Shown: piece by piece, positions 21,136 to 31,900 of the stretch | Layout of the letters: the number at the start of each line of letters is the position of its first letter | Numbering within the stretch: the first letter of the stretch is position 1 | Assembly (NCBI GenBank): GCA_963666365.2 | Contig: CAXXNF010000002.1 | Coordinates: 1,152,001 to 1,216,000 of the forward strand | Source: Syntrophales bacterium | GTDB lineage: Bacteria; Desulfobacterota; Syntrophia; Syntrophales; UBA2210 | Reading direction: 5' to 3' | DNA length: 64,000 nucleotides | Position numbers and translations under genes: made by a program | The notes under the pieces: generated by a model | Told to the model about the DNA's origin: nothing | Seen by the model: the letters and a program-made list of their open reading frames with translations, nothing else | Database searches by the model: none

Positions 21136-22746
21136 TTATTGTTTTCCCTGGATGATCAGGCCCCGTTCATCCCTGGGCACAGGCTTCCACTGATCGGGAA
21201 GCAGTTCCCGCAGGCGGTTTACGGGATGGCTCATGATCCGCCGAAGCATGTCGTCAAAGTACTCCCAGGGGTTGACGTCGCAGTTTTTGCAAGATTGAAC
21301 GAGACCCATATAAAGGGCCGCCGCCCGGCCGCCCCGTTCGCTGCCCACGAAGAGCCAGTTTTTTCGACCTACCGCTATGGGCCGAATGGCGTTTTCCGCC
21401 AGGTTGTTGTCGGGTCTTAACCGTCCGTCTTTCAGATAGCGGCAGAGCGCCTCCCGCTGATTCAGGGCGTAGTTGATGGCCGTCCGCAACGGCTCCGAGG
21501 GCGTCGTCCGGGGCCTCAGTTCCTCAATCTTTGCAAAGATTCCCTCAAGCAGCGGCGTTGCATGCGCCTGCCGGAAACGGCGCCGCTCCTCGGGCGTCAT
21601 CTCGGCACAGGGGGTCTCCACCTCGTGATAGAGCCGGGCGATGCGGGCAAGGATGTCCGTGGCCTCTTGAGGACGCGATGAAACCGCCTCGTCGAACTTC
21701 CGTCTGGTATGGGCCCAGCAACCCACTTCGATAATCTCTTCTTTTTTGAAAAGTTCGTCGTAGCCGCCGTAGGCGTCGGCATGGACGTACCCCTGGTAAT
21801 CATTGAGATACTCCAGTGGGCGCGTCTTGCTCCGATCAATGGAGAAGTCATAGGCCGTCAGCGGCGGTCCCGGACCGCCCCGCAGATAGACCCAGAGACG
21901 GGCCTTCTTTACCTTGCCGTTTCCCTTGACCTGCAGAGGAACGGGCGTATCGTCGGTAAAGAGCACGTCCCTCTCAAGGACGGCCTTTTGAAGCACTGTT
22001 TCCAAGGGACGAATGCTCTCATAGACCTGCATGAGCCAGCTGGTTTGGGTGGCCCGGGGAATGTCCACTCCTTCCCGCTCCAGAATGCTGTTCTGTCGGT
22101 AGAGAGGCAGATGATCGGCGTACTTGCTGACGATCAGATGAGAAAGCAGCCCCACGTCGGCTTTGCACTTGGCGATGGGGTGATCGGGCAGCGAGGCGGC
22201 GATGACGCCGGCGGTAGATTCCGATGCCTCCGGCAGCGCATACTGGGGCCGCTTGTAGACGTTGACGATCAGTCTCCCCGGCCGGTATTCCAGCTTCTCC
22301 GAGACTTCCACGGAAATGACCTTCAGGGGTGCGCCCGTGTCCGCATCGATCTTTTCATCCTCGGGCACGTCCAGCAGAATCTCCACCCGTTCGAGATGCT
22401 CCGGAATGGGAACCCGGCCGTGATGCCGGGAGGCCTTGCGGGGCTTCTTGACAGTCTCTGTGGCAGAAGCGTCTTCGAACTGTGCTTTCACCGCCGCATT
22501 CTGCTCTAATGATTGAAGCACCATGTCGTCGAACATCAGCTGACCGGGGTTGATCTTTTCGGACTTGCGGCCGTAGAGCCGTTTCAGCAGCTGTTCCATC
22601 TGATGCTGCAGGGTGGTCAACTGGCGCTGGGCGGATTCGAGCTTCTGGGTAAGCGCTTCGATCTGGGCATCCTTTTGGGCGGCAAATTCCAGAATCCAGG
22701 CAGCATCTTTTCGGTCGATAATCTCTTGTGCTTCCGTCAATATCAT
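21136..22746 (-). CDS. tnpC: IS66 DDE transposase
   Basis: LYGRKSEK, KYADHLPLYRQ, DDTPV, CWAHTRRKF, DNNLAENAIR, GRKNWLF. Confidence 0.95.
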   Translation of the reverse strand: MILTEAQEIIDRKDAAWILEFAAQKDAQIEALTQKLESAQRQLTTLQHQMEQLLKRLYGRKSEKINPGQLMFDDMVLQSLEQNAAVKAQFEDASATETVKKPRKASRHHGRVPIPEHLERVEILLDVPEDEKIDADTGAPLKVISVEVSEKLEYRPGRLIVNVYKRPQYALPEASESTAGVIAASLPDHPIAKCKADVGLLSHLIVSKYADHLPLYRQNSILEREGVDIPRATQTSWLMQVYESIRPLETVLQKAVLERDVLFTDDTPVPLQVKGNGKVKKARLWVYLRGGPGPPLTAYDFSIDRSKTRPLEYLNDYQGYVHADAYGGYDELFKKEEIIEVGCWAHTRRKFDEAVSSRPQEATDILARIARLYHEVETPCAEMTPEERRRFRQAHATPLLEGIFAKIEELRPRTTPSEPLRTAINYALNQREALCRYLKDGRLRPDNNLAENAIRPIAVGRKNWLFVGSERGGRAAALYMGLVQSCKNCDVNPWEYFDDMLRRIMSHPVNRLRELLPDQWKPVPRDERGLIIQGKQ

Positions 22747-22798
22747 GAGCGGGCGTATAGCACATAACTATAATAATGTCAAGTGTTTATATTATTTT

Positions 22799-23140
22799 TT
22801 ATGCACATATTTTGTACCGTTTTCCCACTTTTTTCGGCACGATTCCCTCAAGGAGCATGGCCAGATCCCGGCGCTCGATATGACCGTCGCGGGACTGCCG
22901 GGAAGGCAGCACGAAGGACCCCTGCTCCAGACGTTTCAGCCAGATGGCCATGCCGTCGCTGTCCCAGTACAGGAGCTTCACCATGTTCCGCCGCCGGTTG
23001 ACGAAGACGAAGAGTGATCCCGAAAGGGGATCGGCGCTAAGTTCGGCGCGGACAATGCCGCACAGGCCGTCGAAGGACTTGCGCATGTCGCAGGGGCTGC
23101 GATAAAGATAGATGCGTGCCGATGCTGTCAGGCCGAACAT
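22799..23140 (-). CDS. tnpB: IS66 accessory protein
   Basis: DMRKSFDGL, LFVFVNRRR, KRLEQGSF. Confidence 0.95.
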   Translation of the reverse strand: MFGLTASARIYLYRSPCDMRKSFDGLCGIVRAELSADPLSGSLFVFVNRRRNMVKLLYWDSDGMAIWLKRLEQGSFVLPSRQSRDGHIERRDLAMLLEGIVPKKVGKRYKICA

Positions 23141-23457
23141 GGGGAACCATTATGAAGCGTTTCAATAACGGTGCGCAGGGTAACGGGATCGAAGCCGCGT
23201 TCCACTTCGATGGAAAGAAGCGGCCCCATGCAAATGCGAATGCCGGCATAGTCGGCCGTCGAGGATGCAAGTTCGATAAATCCCTGTTGTCCTTGCGGTT
23301 CAGTGAGTTTCCGGCGCCAGGAGTAGAAACTTGCCGTATTGATCTGATGCATCTGGCACCAGGCCAGACCGCTCATCCCGCTTGCGATCTGCCGCTCTAC
23401 GATGGCCGACCAGTGGGCGGTGCGTTCTTGTTGTGTCATAGGGCATCCTCCAATCAT
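23128..23457 (-). CDS. tnpA: IS66 accessory HTH protein
   Basis: SGMS..AWC...I...SFYSWRRKL; overlaps the tnpB start. Confidence 0.88.
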   Translation of the reverse strand: MIGGCPMTQQERTAHWSAIVERQIASGMSGLAWCQMHQINTASFYSWRRKLTEPQGQQGFIELASSTADYAGIRICMGPLLSIEVERGFDPVTLRTVIETLHNGSPCSA

Positions 23458-24137
23458 GAAATGTGTTCATGACGGGAAGCTATAATCCAATGTGCGTTCA
23501 AGCGAAAGATGAGTTGGTCGTACGGTTACGGTACAAGAGCAATTAACGGTTCAACTTTGATTAAATTGTCATCCTCTCCCCGTATGTGAGCACGAGCACT
23601 GCTCCACTTGTAATCCTCAGGCCTCGTCACAAGGCCCGCTCGAACGGGGTTCAACTCGATATATCGAGCAGCAGCAAGGAGATGCAGCTCGTCCATTGGG
23701 AAAGAAAAAAAACGCTCCTGCCACAAGTGCCCGCGCCACTCGTGGCTGAAATTTATCATCCGCGTATATTGCCGGTGTGCTTCGCCAATCGCAAAGCGTA
23801 AGCTGTCAGACCGTGAGGGAACCGCAATGAGATGTACATGGTTCGGCATAAGACAGTATGCCCAGATTTCAACACTGTGCTGTGTGCATGACTGCCTCAT
23901 AATGTTGATATACTGCCGATAATCATTGTCAGAAAAAAATGTCTGCAGTCGCCGATTTCCCCGCTGAGTGATGTGATGGGGAACATCAGGAACAACAACC
24001 CGAGCCATCCGTCCCACTAATTCAGTGCGTCTCCTTTCAACTTCTGACTGTCAATAATTATGTATACTGTCCCCGAAATTTGATGGCGCCGAATAATTAT
24101 GTATACTGTCCCCGAAATTTCTGTCCCCGGAATTCTA

Positions 24138-24506
24138 TTAAAACCTTTTCTTTCTGTAAAAAAATATAAAAAAAATTCTAATGGGCCAAGCCAAGAAAAC
24201 CGCAATAAAAACGAAAATCGCGCTGATGTTTGGTATGGCTTTAATAAAGAATGAAGCCGCACCGTTAAGAAGAGTCAAGGTGGCCATCAAAAAGCATATA
24301 GCCGCTGCCAACCGATCCCCCATGTTTAAAATTTTTTTTTCTTTGAGATCAGGAAAGAAGAAATGGTCTATATCGAATCTATTTTTTATGATTTTTCCTT
24401 TGTTGTGCCAAATTCCTTCTATAAACATTAAACCGATCATAATCATAATAAAAGCAAGGATGGTGTTAATAGCTATAGGCGATGTCATACCACTCTCACT
24501 TTCCAC
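24138..24506 (-). CDS. Putative immunity protein 2 (small membrane protein)
   Basis: AT-rich, 122 aa, about three hydrophobic segments, overlaps the orphan Rhs CT stop. Confidence 0.7.
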   Translation of the reverse strand: MESESGMTSPIAINTILAFIMIMIGLMFIEGIWHNKGKIIKNRFDIDHFFFPDLKEKKILNMGDRLAAAICFLMATLTLLNGAASFFIKAIPNISAIFVFIAVFLAWPIRIFFIFFYRKKRF

Positions 24507-26112
24507 ACGGCGATGATGAAGTCCTTATTGGTGTTGTAAAGTTAACTGGTAAACCTAACCCCAAGCCCAAACCAACTGAAACTCCATCGATATATTTTAA
24601 GGGATCATACCATGCTTTATTAGGATCAAACTCATTCCTTAAGGTGATCTGAGCACCACCATATCTGCCTGAACCAATCGCAATCGTTGACCCAGCTTGG
24701 TTACCTGTTCCACTTAAATCTGAGACACCCGCTGAAACACCAATATCTGCCCACACACCAGCCACGGCCTCAGGTTTTGGATCTGTCGCTACTAAATGAC
24801 CTGATGCATCTAAACTTGTTAGCTGTGAACCTACCGTGCCTCCAACTGCAACGGGCCAAGGGCCAGTCGGAGCATGAACACCAGCGTTATAAGAAAACAT
24901 CCATCGCCCCTCCGGATCCACTCCGTTCAACGGATCGTTCATGCAGTATTCGTATAGGTCGGTGTCGCCGCCGGCGAAGAAGATGGGGTCTTTGGCGGTC
25001 CAGCGGCCGGTGTCGGGATCGTAGTCGCGGTGGCCGAATCTGATGAGGCTGGTGTCGCGGTCATGGAGCCCCCCGGCAAAGCCGAAGGGAATCGCAAGTG
25101 TCGGGTTGCTGTCTGTGATGATGGTGCCGAAGCTGTCGTAGATGGTTTCTTTTACTATATTTCCGCTCTCGTCGGCAACTGTTTTGAGCGAGCCGACCTG
25201 ATCATAGGCCAAATAGTAGGACCCGCCGCTTGTGGTCATGGCATAGGGCATTCTGCCGTCAGCATATTCAAAGCGCATGAGCAGGGCGTCGCTTCCATCA
25301 TAGACGGCAAGCAGCCTGGTCAATCCGAGCCAGAGGTATTTTTCGATGATGACGCCATTGACTGCTTTGGCGATCCTTCGCCCCAGCGGATCATGAACGT
25401 AATCGATGGCGGTGCCGTCGGGAAGCGTGACGCCCATAAGTTCTCCCCGGCTGGAGTAGTCGTAGGTGGTGGTGTTTCCCGAACCATCTGTTCTGGTAGT
25501 CAGAAAGCCGTCCACGCTATACTGATAGGAAGTGTCCCCGACCGTCAGAAGGTGATCCTCGTCGGAGTAGGCGTAACTCCTGCCCGCAATCCCCCTCAGA
25601 CTGTTCATCTCATAGACCCTGACGCCGCTGAGATCATACTGGTATTCTTCCACCAAATTCCCGTTTTCATGCACTGTGCACAGCCGACCTGCGCAATCGT
25701 AACCATAATCGTAGGAGTTTGTTTCACCGCCGATGGTTTCCGTTTTTTCGATGATTCTCCCGTTGCTGTCCCGAACGGCGTGCCAGCCGGCTACCGGTTG
25801 GGAGGCAATGCTGCAGGTTTCCTCTTCTAATTCGCCATAGCCGTTATAGCTTCTCTCCACTGACAGATTGCCGTCAGCAACAGATTCGGGAAGACCGTTG
25901 CCGCTATTTCTGGCAATGGAGAATCGTCCCGCACCGGTAAGCAGACGATCCCTGTCATAGGAATATTCTTCCCTGTCGCCGGCATAGGCAACCCCAACAA
26001 GATTGAAGTCGCTATTGTAGGAGAAGCCGAGCGACTGCGCAATCGTACCGCTGTGATGCGCTTCGGTGACCAGTGTTCCGTCGTAGCTGTAGTCGATTGT
26101 CTCCGTGCCGCT
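24496..26112 (-). pseudogene. Orphan Rhs module 2: 1206-bp core fragment plus 136-aa variable C-terminus
   Basis: 24907-26112 nearly identical to 29393-30598; DPLNGVDPEG then unique CT; truncated 5 bp from a TIR. Confidence 0.9.
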
Positions 26113-26117
26113 AGGGG

Positions 26118-26291
26118 AATTCCGGGGACAGTATACTTAATTACTGACAGCCGGTAATTAAAAGACTGGCAGACCGTTGGGAAGCAATCAGTTTACAGAT
26201 AATGTTGAAAAACTGTTTGACCGTATGGTTCGCAGACAGAAGCCTTGGCCGAAAGGAAAAAATCTGAATTAAGTATACTGTCCCCGGAATT
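26118..26291 (+). mobile_element. Miniature non-autonomous TIR element (174 bp)
   Basis: Perfect 25-bp inverted ends; interior encodes a diverged Y1 transposase C-terminus (KTGRPLGSNQF...QKPWPKGK). Confidence 0.85.
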
Positions 26292-26380
26292 TGAATTATG
26301 TCGCTGGTCCAGTTTTGCCGGACCGGTTCCTCTTGAACAATTGTTGCCTTTGGGCAACAGTTTTTACTTTTGATTTGGTG

Positions 26381-26420
26381 AATTCCAGGGGCAGTAAATA
26401 AGTATGCTGTCCCCGGAATT
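26381..26420. repeat. Degenerate empty TIR doublet
   Basis: aattccaggggcagta-aat-aagtatgctgtccccggaatt. Confidence 0.7.
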
Positions 26421-26492
26421 AGCATAAATATGATTTGATAACAAGAGATTGAAAGGGGGATAGGAAGAAGTGCGATTTCTGGTGCGGTCACT

Positions 26493-26915
26493 TCATTGCC
26501 TTTTTATGAGCCATTCACCTCCCCGTTTGTACAGAATGAGGGGATTGTCCGATTGGTGTGTATTACCATATACTCTTACCCATCCTTCCGAGGGACATGA
26601 CCCCGCCCAGTATGTACGGATCGTATATTTACATTTTCCTTGACTCCCCTGGCTTTCCGTGGGTTTGACGCATTTGGTGCTTTTTGCCGGGACATACAGG
26701 TCGATGGGATTTCCCCACGTGCAATCGCCTATTCCGGATCCGCTTCCGCAAGGACTTCCACCGGAATCGACGCATATATATACGTGCCACCCTTTGCTCT
26801 CCGTATTTTTGATACAGATACCCGCCGATACGGTAGTAACCGACAGGAGTAAGATGATCAAAGGAATGGCCATATACCCGGTTATTATTCTTAATATTGG
26901 CGCGATCTTCATCAT
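26493..26915 (-). CDS. Secreted Cys-rich hypothetical protein
   Basis: Strong RBS (aaaggaggg), signal peptide ending VSA, 7 Cys in the mature part. Confidence 0.75.
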   Translation of the reverse strand: MMKIAPILRIITGYMAIPLIILLLSVTTVSAGICIKNTESKGWHVYICVDSGGSPCGSGSGIGDCTWGNPIDLYVPAKSTKCVKPTESQGSQGKCKYTIRTYWAGSCPSEGWVRVYGNTHQSDNPLILYKRGGEWLIKRQ

Positions 26916-27020
26916 TGATATCCCTCCTTTATTGGAAAATTAACCTTATTCCATCTTCCCCCTTTCTGTAAGTAATGTCCTTCTGAGAAGGTAATGTCAA
27001 GATAATTTTGACTATTTTGG

Positions 27021-27832
27021 AATTCCGGGGACAGTATACTTATTGGAATTCCGGGGACAGTATACTTAATTCAGTGTTTCCCTTTCGGCCCCGGTTTTTG
27101 TTTCCGAACTACACGGTCAATAACCTTCTCGACGTAATCAACAAATTGACTGCTTCCCAACGGCCTGCCTGTCCTCTCGTGTAAACGTAAGCGCTGCCCA
27201 TCTTTATCTTGCACATCCAGCTTCAGGAACGAATGCCAGTCAGGTACAAGAGCAATTAACGGTTCAACTTTGATTAAATTGTCATCCTCTCCCCGTATGT
27301 GAGCACGAGCACTGCTCCACTTGTAATCCGCAGGCCTCGTCACAAGGCCCGCCCGAACGGGGTTCAACTCGATATATCGAGCAGCAGCAAGGAGATGCAG
27401 CTCGTCCATTGGGAAAGAAAAAAAGCGCTCCTGCCACAAGTGCCCGCGCCACTCGTGGCTGAAATTTATCATCCGCGTATATTGCCGGTGTGCTTCGCCA
27501 ATCGCAAAGCGTAAGCTGTCAGACCGTGAGGGAACCGCAATGAGATGTACATGGTTCGGCATAAGACAGTATGCCCAGATTTCAACACTGTGCTGTGTGC
27601 ATGACTGCCTCATAATGTTGATATACTGCCGATAATCATTGTCAGAAAAAAATGTCTGCAGTCGCCGATTTCCCCGCTGAGTGATGTGATGGGGAACATC
27701 AGGAACAACAACCCGAGCCATCCGTCCCACTAATTCAGCGCGTCTCCTTTCAACTTCTGACTGTCAATAATTATGTATACTGTCCCCGAAATTTGATGGC
27801 GCCGAATAATTATGTATACTGTCCCCGAAATT
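27021..27832 (-). mobile_element. TIR-bounded Y1/HUH transposase element, copy 3
   Basis: Doubled ends at 27021-27042/27047-27071 and 27769-27793/27808-27832. Confidence 0.85.
27071..27730 (-). CDS. RAYT-like Y1 (HUH) tyrosine transposase, intact
   Basis: HHITQRGNRR, YCLMPNHVHL, GHLWQERF, YIELNPVRAGLV, YKWSS. Confidence 0.92.
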   Translation of the reverse strand: MGRMARVVVPDVPHHITQRGNRRLQTFFSDNDYRQYINIMRQSCTQHSVEIWAYCLMPNHVHLIAVPSRSDSLRFAIGEAHRQYTRMINFSHEWRGHLWQERFFSFPMDELHLLAAARYIELNPVRAGLVTRPADYKWSSARAHIRGEDDNLIKVEPLIALVPDWHSFLKLDVQDKDGQRLRLHERTGRPLGSSQFVDYVEKVIDRVVRKQKPGPKGKH

Positions 27833-27837
27833 ACGCC

Positions 27838-28612
27838 CAGTATACTTAATTCAGTGTTTCCCTTTCGGCCCCGGTTTTTGTTTCCGAACTACACGGTCAA
27901 TAACCTTCTCGACGTAATCAACAAATTGACTGCTTCCCAACGGCCTGCCTGTCCTCTCGTGTAAACGTAAGCGCTGCCCATCTTTATCTTGCACATCCAG
28001 CTTCAGGAACGAATGCCAGTCAGGTACAAGAGCAATTAACGGTTCAACTTTGATTAAATTGTCATCCTCTCCCCGTATGTGAGCACGAGCACTGCTCCAC
28101 TTGTAATCCTCAGGCCTCGTCACAAGGCCCGCTCGAACGGGGTTCAACTCGATATATCGAGCAGCAGCAAGGAGATGCAGCTCGTCCATTGGGAAAGAAA
28201 AAAAACTCTCCTGCCACAAGTGCCCGCGCCACTCGTGGCTGAAATTTATCATCCGCGTATATTGCCGGTGTGCTTCGCCAATCGCAAAGCGTAAGCTGTC
28301 AGACCGTGAGGGAACCGCAATGAGATGTACATGGTTCGGCATAAGACAGTATGCCCAGATTTCAACACTGTGCTGTGTGCATGACTGCCTCATAATGTTG
28401 ATATACTGCCGATAATCATTGTCAGAAAAAAATGTCTGCAGTCGCCGATTTCCCCGCTGAGTGATGTGATGGGGAACATCAGGAACAACAACCCGAGCCA
28501 TCCGTCCCACTAATTCAGTGCGTCTCCTTTCAACTTCTGACTGTCAATAATTATGTATACTGTCCCCGAAATTTGATGGCGCCGAATAATTATGTATACT
28601 GTCCCCGAAATT
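27838..28612 (-). mobile_element. TIR-bounded Y1/HUH transposase element, copy 4 (tandem with copy 3, one end truncated)
   Basis: Partial end cagtatacttaatt at 27838-27851; doubled ends at 28549-28573 and 28588-28612. Confidence 0.85.
27851..28510 (-). CDS. RAYT-like Y1 (HUH) tyrosine transposase, intact
   Basis: 219 aa, differs from copy 3 at two residues (ERF/ESF, PAD/PED). Confidence 0.92.
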   Translation of the reverse strand: MGRMARVVVPDVPHHITQRGNRRLQTFFSDNDYRQYINIMRQSCTQHSVEIWAYCLMPNHVHLIAVPSRSDSLRFAIGEAHRQYTRMINFSHEWRGHLWQESFFSFPMDELHLLAAARYIELNPVRAGLVTRPEDYKWSSARAHIRGEDDNLIKVEPLIALVPDWHSFLKLDVQDKDGQRLRLHERTGRPLGSSQFVDYVEKVIDRVVRKQKPGPKGKH

Positions 28613-28623
28613 ACGCCAGGATG

Positions 28624-28971
28624 TTATTGGAGCCTGTTTGTTGTTTTTATTATCCCCATTTTCATCAAAATATACATAAAAACAAAAAAGGTGGGCACAA
28701 AACTGCAAAGATAATAAGATCCTAATTTTTTCATTAGGCTTATATCTTCGACAAAAAACCATATAATCTTAACTGGAAACCAAATTGCAGCAAATCCAAA
28801 TAAAACAGGAAGAGCAATCCTCCATAATATGTCAAATCCATACAACCAAAAATTTCTTTGTCTTTTTTCAACAACAATATATTTTTTAAATTTATTTACA
28901 TAGACGAGCAAGGCGCTAACTCCTAAAGCCACCAGTATTGCAAAAAGACATACAATGATTTTAGCTGCCAT
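28624..28971 (-). CDS. Putative immunity protein 1 (small membrane protein)
   Basis: AT-rich, 115 aa, three hydrophobic segments, 19 bp downstream of the main rhs. Confidence 0.72.
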   Translation of the reverse strand: MAAKIIVCLFAILVALGVSALLVYVNKFKKYIVVEKRQRNFWLYGFDILWRIALPVLFGFAAIWFPVKIIWFFVEDISLMKKLGSYYLCSFVPTFFVFMYILMKMGIIKTTNRLQ

Positions 28972-28990
28972 AATTATATCTCACAATCAT

Positions 28991-31900
28991 TTAATAGTTA
29001 GCATTAGCATGAAGTGTCGTTGACACCCCTCCAGCTATAGCGCCACTGAAAAAGGCAGCATCAACAGCTACTGTTCCCCCTTTGAGCATAGCCGTGCCAG
29101 CACCTCCCCCAATAGCACCAGCTAATGCATTAATTGCAACAGAAAGTGTGTCAATATGACCGCACGGCTTTGAAATTTTTTGTCCAATTAGATCCGATGT
29201 TACTCCAACACCTGCCCCTATTGCCGCATTCACTAGAACAGATGAGCCAAACGATATTCCCGCCAAAGCTCCAACAGCGGCACCCATGAAAGCCCCTTTG
29301 ATAATACTTTCTCTCTTGAAAATTGCATCGGCAGTTCCAATTGCGGCACCCACAGCGGCACCAACTCCGGCAGCGGCCAAATTTATAAACAACCCCTCCG
29401 GATCCACTCCGTTCACTGGATCGTTCATGCAGTATCCGTAGAGGTCGGTGCTGCCGCCGGCGAAGAGGATGGGGTCTTTGGCGGTCCAGCGGCCGGTGTC
29501 GGGATCGTAGTCGCGGTGGCCGAATCTGATGAGGCTGGTGTCGCGGTCGTGGAGCCCCCCGGCAAAGCCGAAGGGAATCGCAAGTGTCGGGTTGCTGTCT
29601 GTGATGATGGTGCCGAAGCTGTCGTAGATGGTTTCTTTTACTATATTTCCGCTCTCGTCGGCAACTGTTTTGAGCGAGCCGACCTGATCATAGGCCAAAT
29701 AGTAGGACCCGCCGCTTGTGGTCATGGCATAGGGCATTCTGCCGTCAGCATATTCAAAGCGCATGAGCAGGGCGTCGCTTCCATCATAGACGGCAAGCAG
29801 CTTGGTCAATCCGAGCCAGAGGTATTTTTCGATGATGACGCCATTGACTGCTTTGGCGATCCTTCGCCCCAGCGGATCATGAACGTAATCGATGGCGGTG
29901 CCGTCGGGAAGCGTGACGCCCATAAGTTCTCCCCGGCTGGAGTAGTCGTAGGTGGTGGTGTTTCCCGAACCATCTGTTCTGGTAGTCAGAAAGCCGTCCA
30001 CGCTATACTGATAGGAAGTGTCCCCGACCGTCAGAAGATGATCCTCGTCGGAGTAGGCGTAACTCCTGCCCGCAATCCCCCTCAGACTGTTCATCTCATA
30101 GACCCTGACGCCGCTGAGATCATACTGGTATTCTTCCACCAAATTCCCGTTTCCATGCACTGTGCACAGCCGACCTGCGCAATCGTAACCATAATCGTAG
30201 GAGTTTGTTTCACCGCCGATGGTTTCCGTTTTTTCGATGATTCTCCCGTTGCTGTCCCGAACGGCGTGCCAGCCGGCTACCGGTTGGGAGGCAATGCTGC
30301 AGGTTTCCTCTTCTAATTCGCCATAGCCGTTATAGCTTCTCTCCACTGACAGATTGCCGTCAGCAACAGATTCGGGAAGACCGTTGCCGCTATTTCTTGC
30401 AATGGAGAATCGTCCCGCACCGGTAAGCAGACGATCCCTGTCATAGGAATATTCTTCCCTGTCGCCGGCATAGGCAACCCCAACAAGATTGAAGTCGCTG
30501 TTGTAGGAGAAGCCGAGCGACTGCGCAATCGTACCGCTGTGATGCGCTTCGGTGACCAGTGTTCCGTCGTAGCTGTAGTCGATTGCCTCCGTGCCGCTGG
30601 TAACGGATGCCACCTTTGTGCCGCACAGATAGGTATAGTGTATGCTTCCTTCCGGTGTAAGAACCTGCGTGAGCCGTGCGCCATCGTAGATATGTTCAAT
30701 CCGGTTTCCCGAGGGGAATGTGGTGCAGATAAGGCGCCGGTCTTTGTCATAGAGATAGCGATACGCCCCGCTGACAGGCGCCTGATAGAGCGAAAGATTG
30801 TTGACCCTGTTATAGTCGAAGATATGGCTGACGGAGGCGGGCGTCACAAGGGTTTCACGATTTCCATTTGCATCATAGCCGAAGTAAAGAACGCTATCGT
30901 CCGGCCGATAGAGGGCCGTCATCCGCCCTGCCGGGTCATAGTCATAGGTAGTGGTGAAACCCTGCGGATCGGTCCAGGAAGAGCAAAATCCTTCACCGTT
31001 GTAACTCCAGGTCATCTGCCGTGTTCCCTGTGTCAGAGATGTAAGCCTTTCTCGTCCATCGTAGCCGTAGAAGGTGTCAAAAAGACCGGGGACGCTGCTG
31101 CTTGTGATAAGAAGGGTTGCCGAGTCGTAGGCAGTGTTCGCGGTCCTTCCCTCCGGCGAGATTGCCGTCTTTTGTGACTGAATGACATCCTTTTCTAGAA
31201 CCGCAGCATTGCCGTTAACATTGACGGTTTCGGTAATCAGATCGAAAATCCCGTCGCTGTCGGTGTCTGCATACGATTTGCTCCGTTCGGTCGTCCGCTC
31301 CAACCCCGAGGGAGTGCGTTCCGTCATGGTCGTTATGTAAGGGTATTTATACTGCGGGTCCGTATCGTAGGTAAAGGCAAGATTCATTCCGCAGGACAGT
31401 GTCTTCTTTACCGAAAGACCGTCGGCCGATCGATTGAACAGAGTGGCGCTCCCGGTAGGATCAGTAATAATGGACGCGTATGCCCCTGTTGAATCAGTCC
31501 TATCCAGATAGGATGTCCTATTGCCTTCCGCCGTGAGAACATTGACAAGAACGGCCCCGTTTTCAAGGAGGGCTCGTTCATAATTCCAGCATCCGCCTTC
31601 TTCATCGAGTGCATCGGTAAGTCGACCGGTTGAATCGAAGAGGTGATCGAATCTGTTTCCCGACGGTTCCGTCTCGACGAGCAAAAGCCCCTCGGGCGTG
31701 TAATCAAAGGTGTAAACGGCGCCATCGGGACCTGTAACACCGGTAAGATGGTTGTGCTCATCTATAGTCAACGTGGTAATCAGCCCGTCGGAGGAGACAA
31801 TGGCCGTGGGAATGCCGTCTCCATCGCGTTGCAGTGCAACGACAGCGCCGAAACGGTCATAAATGGCAGTCAGGTTATTATTATCGTCGTATTCGAATCG

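Larger units (their letters stand above)
21009..23529 (-). mobile_element. IS66-family element, copy 1 (2521 bp)
   Basis: IRs gtaagcgtacgaccaactcat / atgagttggtcgtacggttac; 8-bp TSD GGTACAAG at 21001-21008 and 23530-23537; tnpA-tnpB-tnpC. Confidence 0.96.
20829..24017 (-). pseudogene. RAYT-like Y1 transposase split by IS66 (24017-23530 and 21008-20829)
   Basis: The two halves rejoin into the 219-aa protein when IS66 and one target duplication are removed. Confidence 0.9.
20805..24134 (-). mobile_element. TIR-bounded Y1/HUH transposase element, copy 2, interrupted by IS66
   Basis: TIR at 20805-20829; opposite ends at 24056-24080, 24095-24119 and partial 24121-24134. Confidence 0.85.

Noticed and set aside
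24056..24134. 25-bp direct repeats with a spacer, resembling a mini CRISPR array (also 27769-27832 and 28549-28612)
   Set aside because: Only 2-3 units, the 14-bp spacer is identical in all three places, there are no cas genes, and the unit is the transposase terminal repeat.
26141..26491. Short ORFs with repeated IPGTVY or GDSILN peptides (also 24017-24262 and 28544-28762)
   Set aside because: These are translations of the 25-bp repeat, not proteins.
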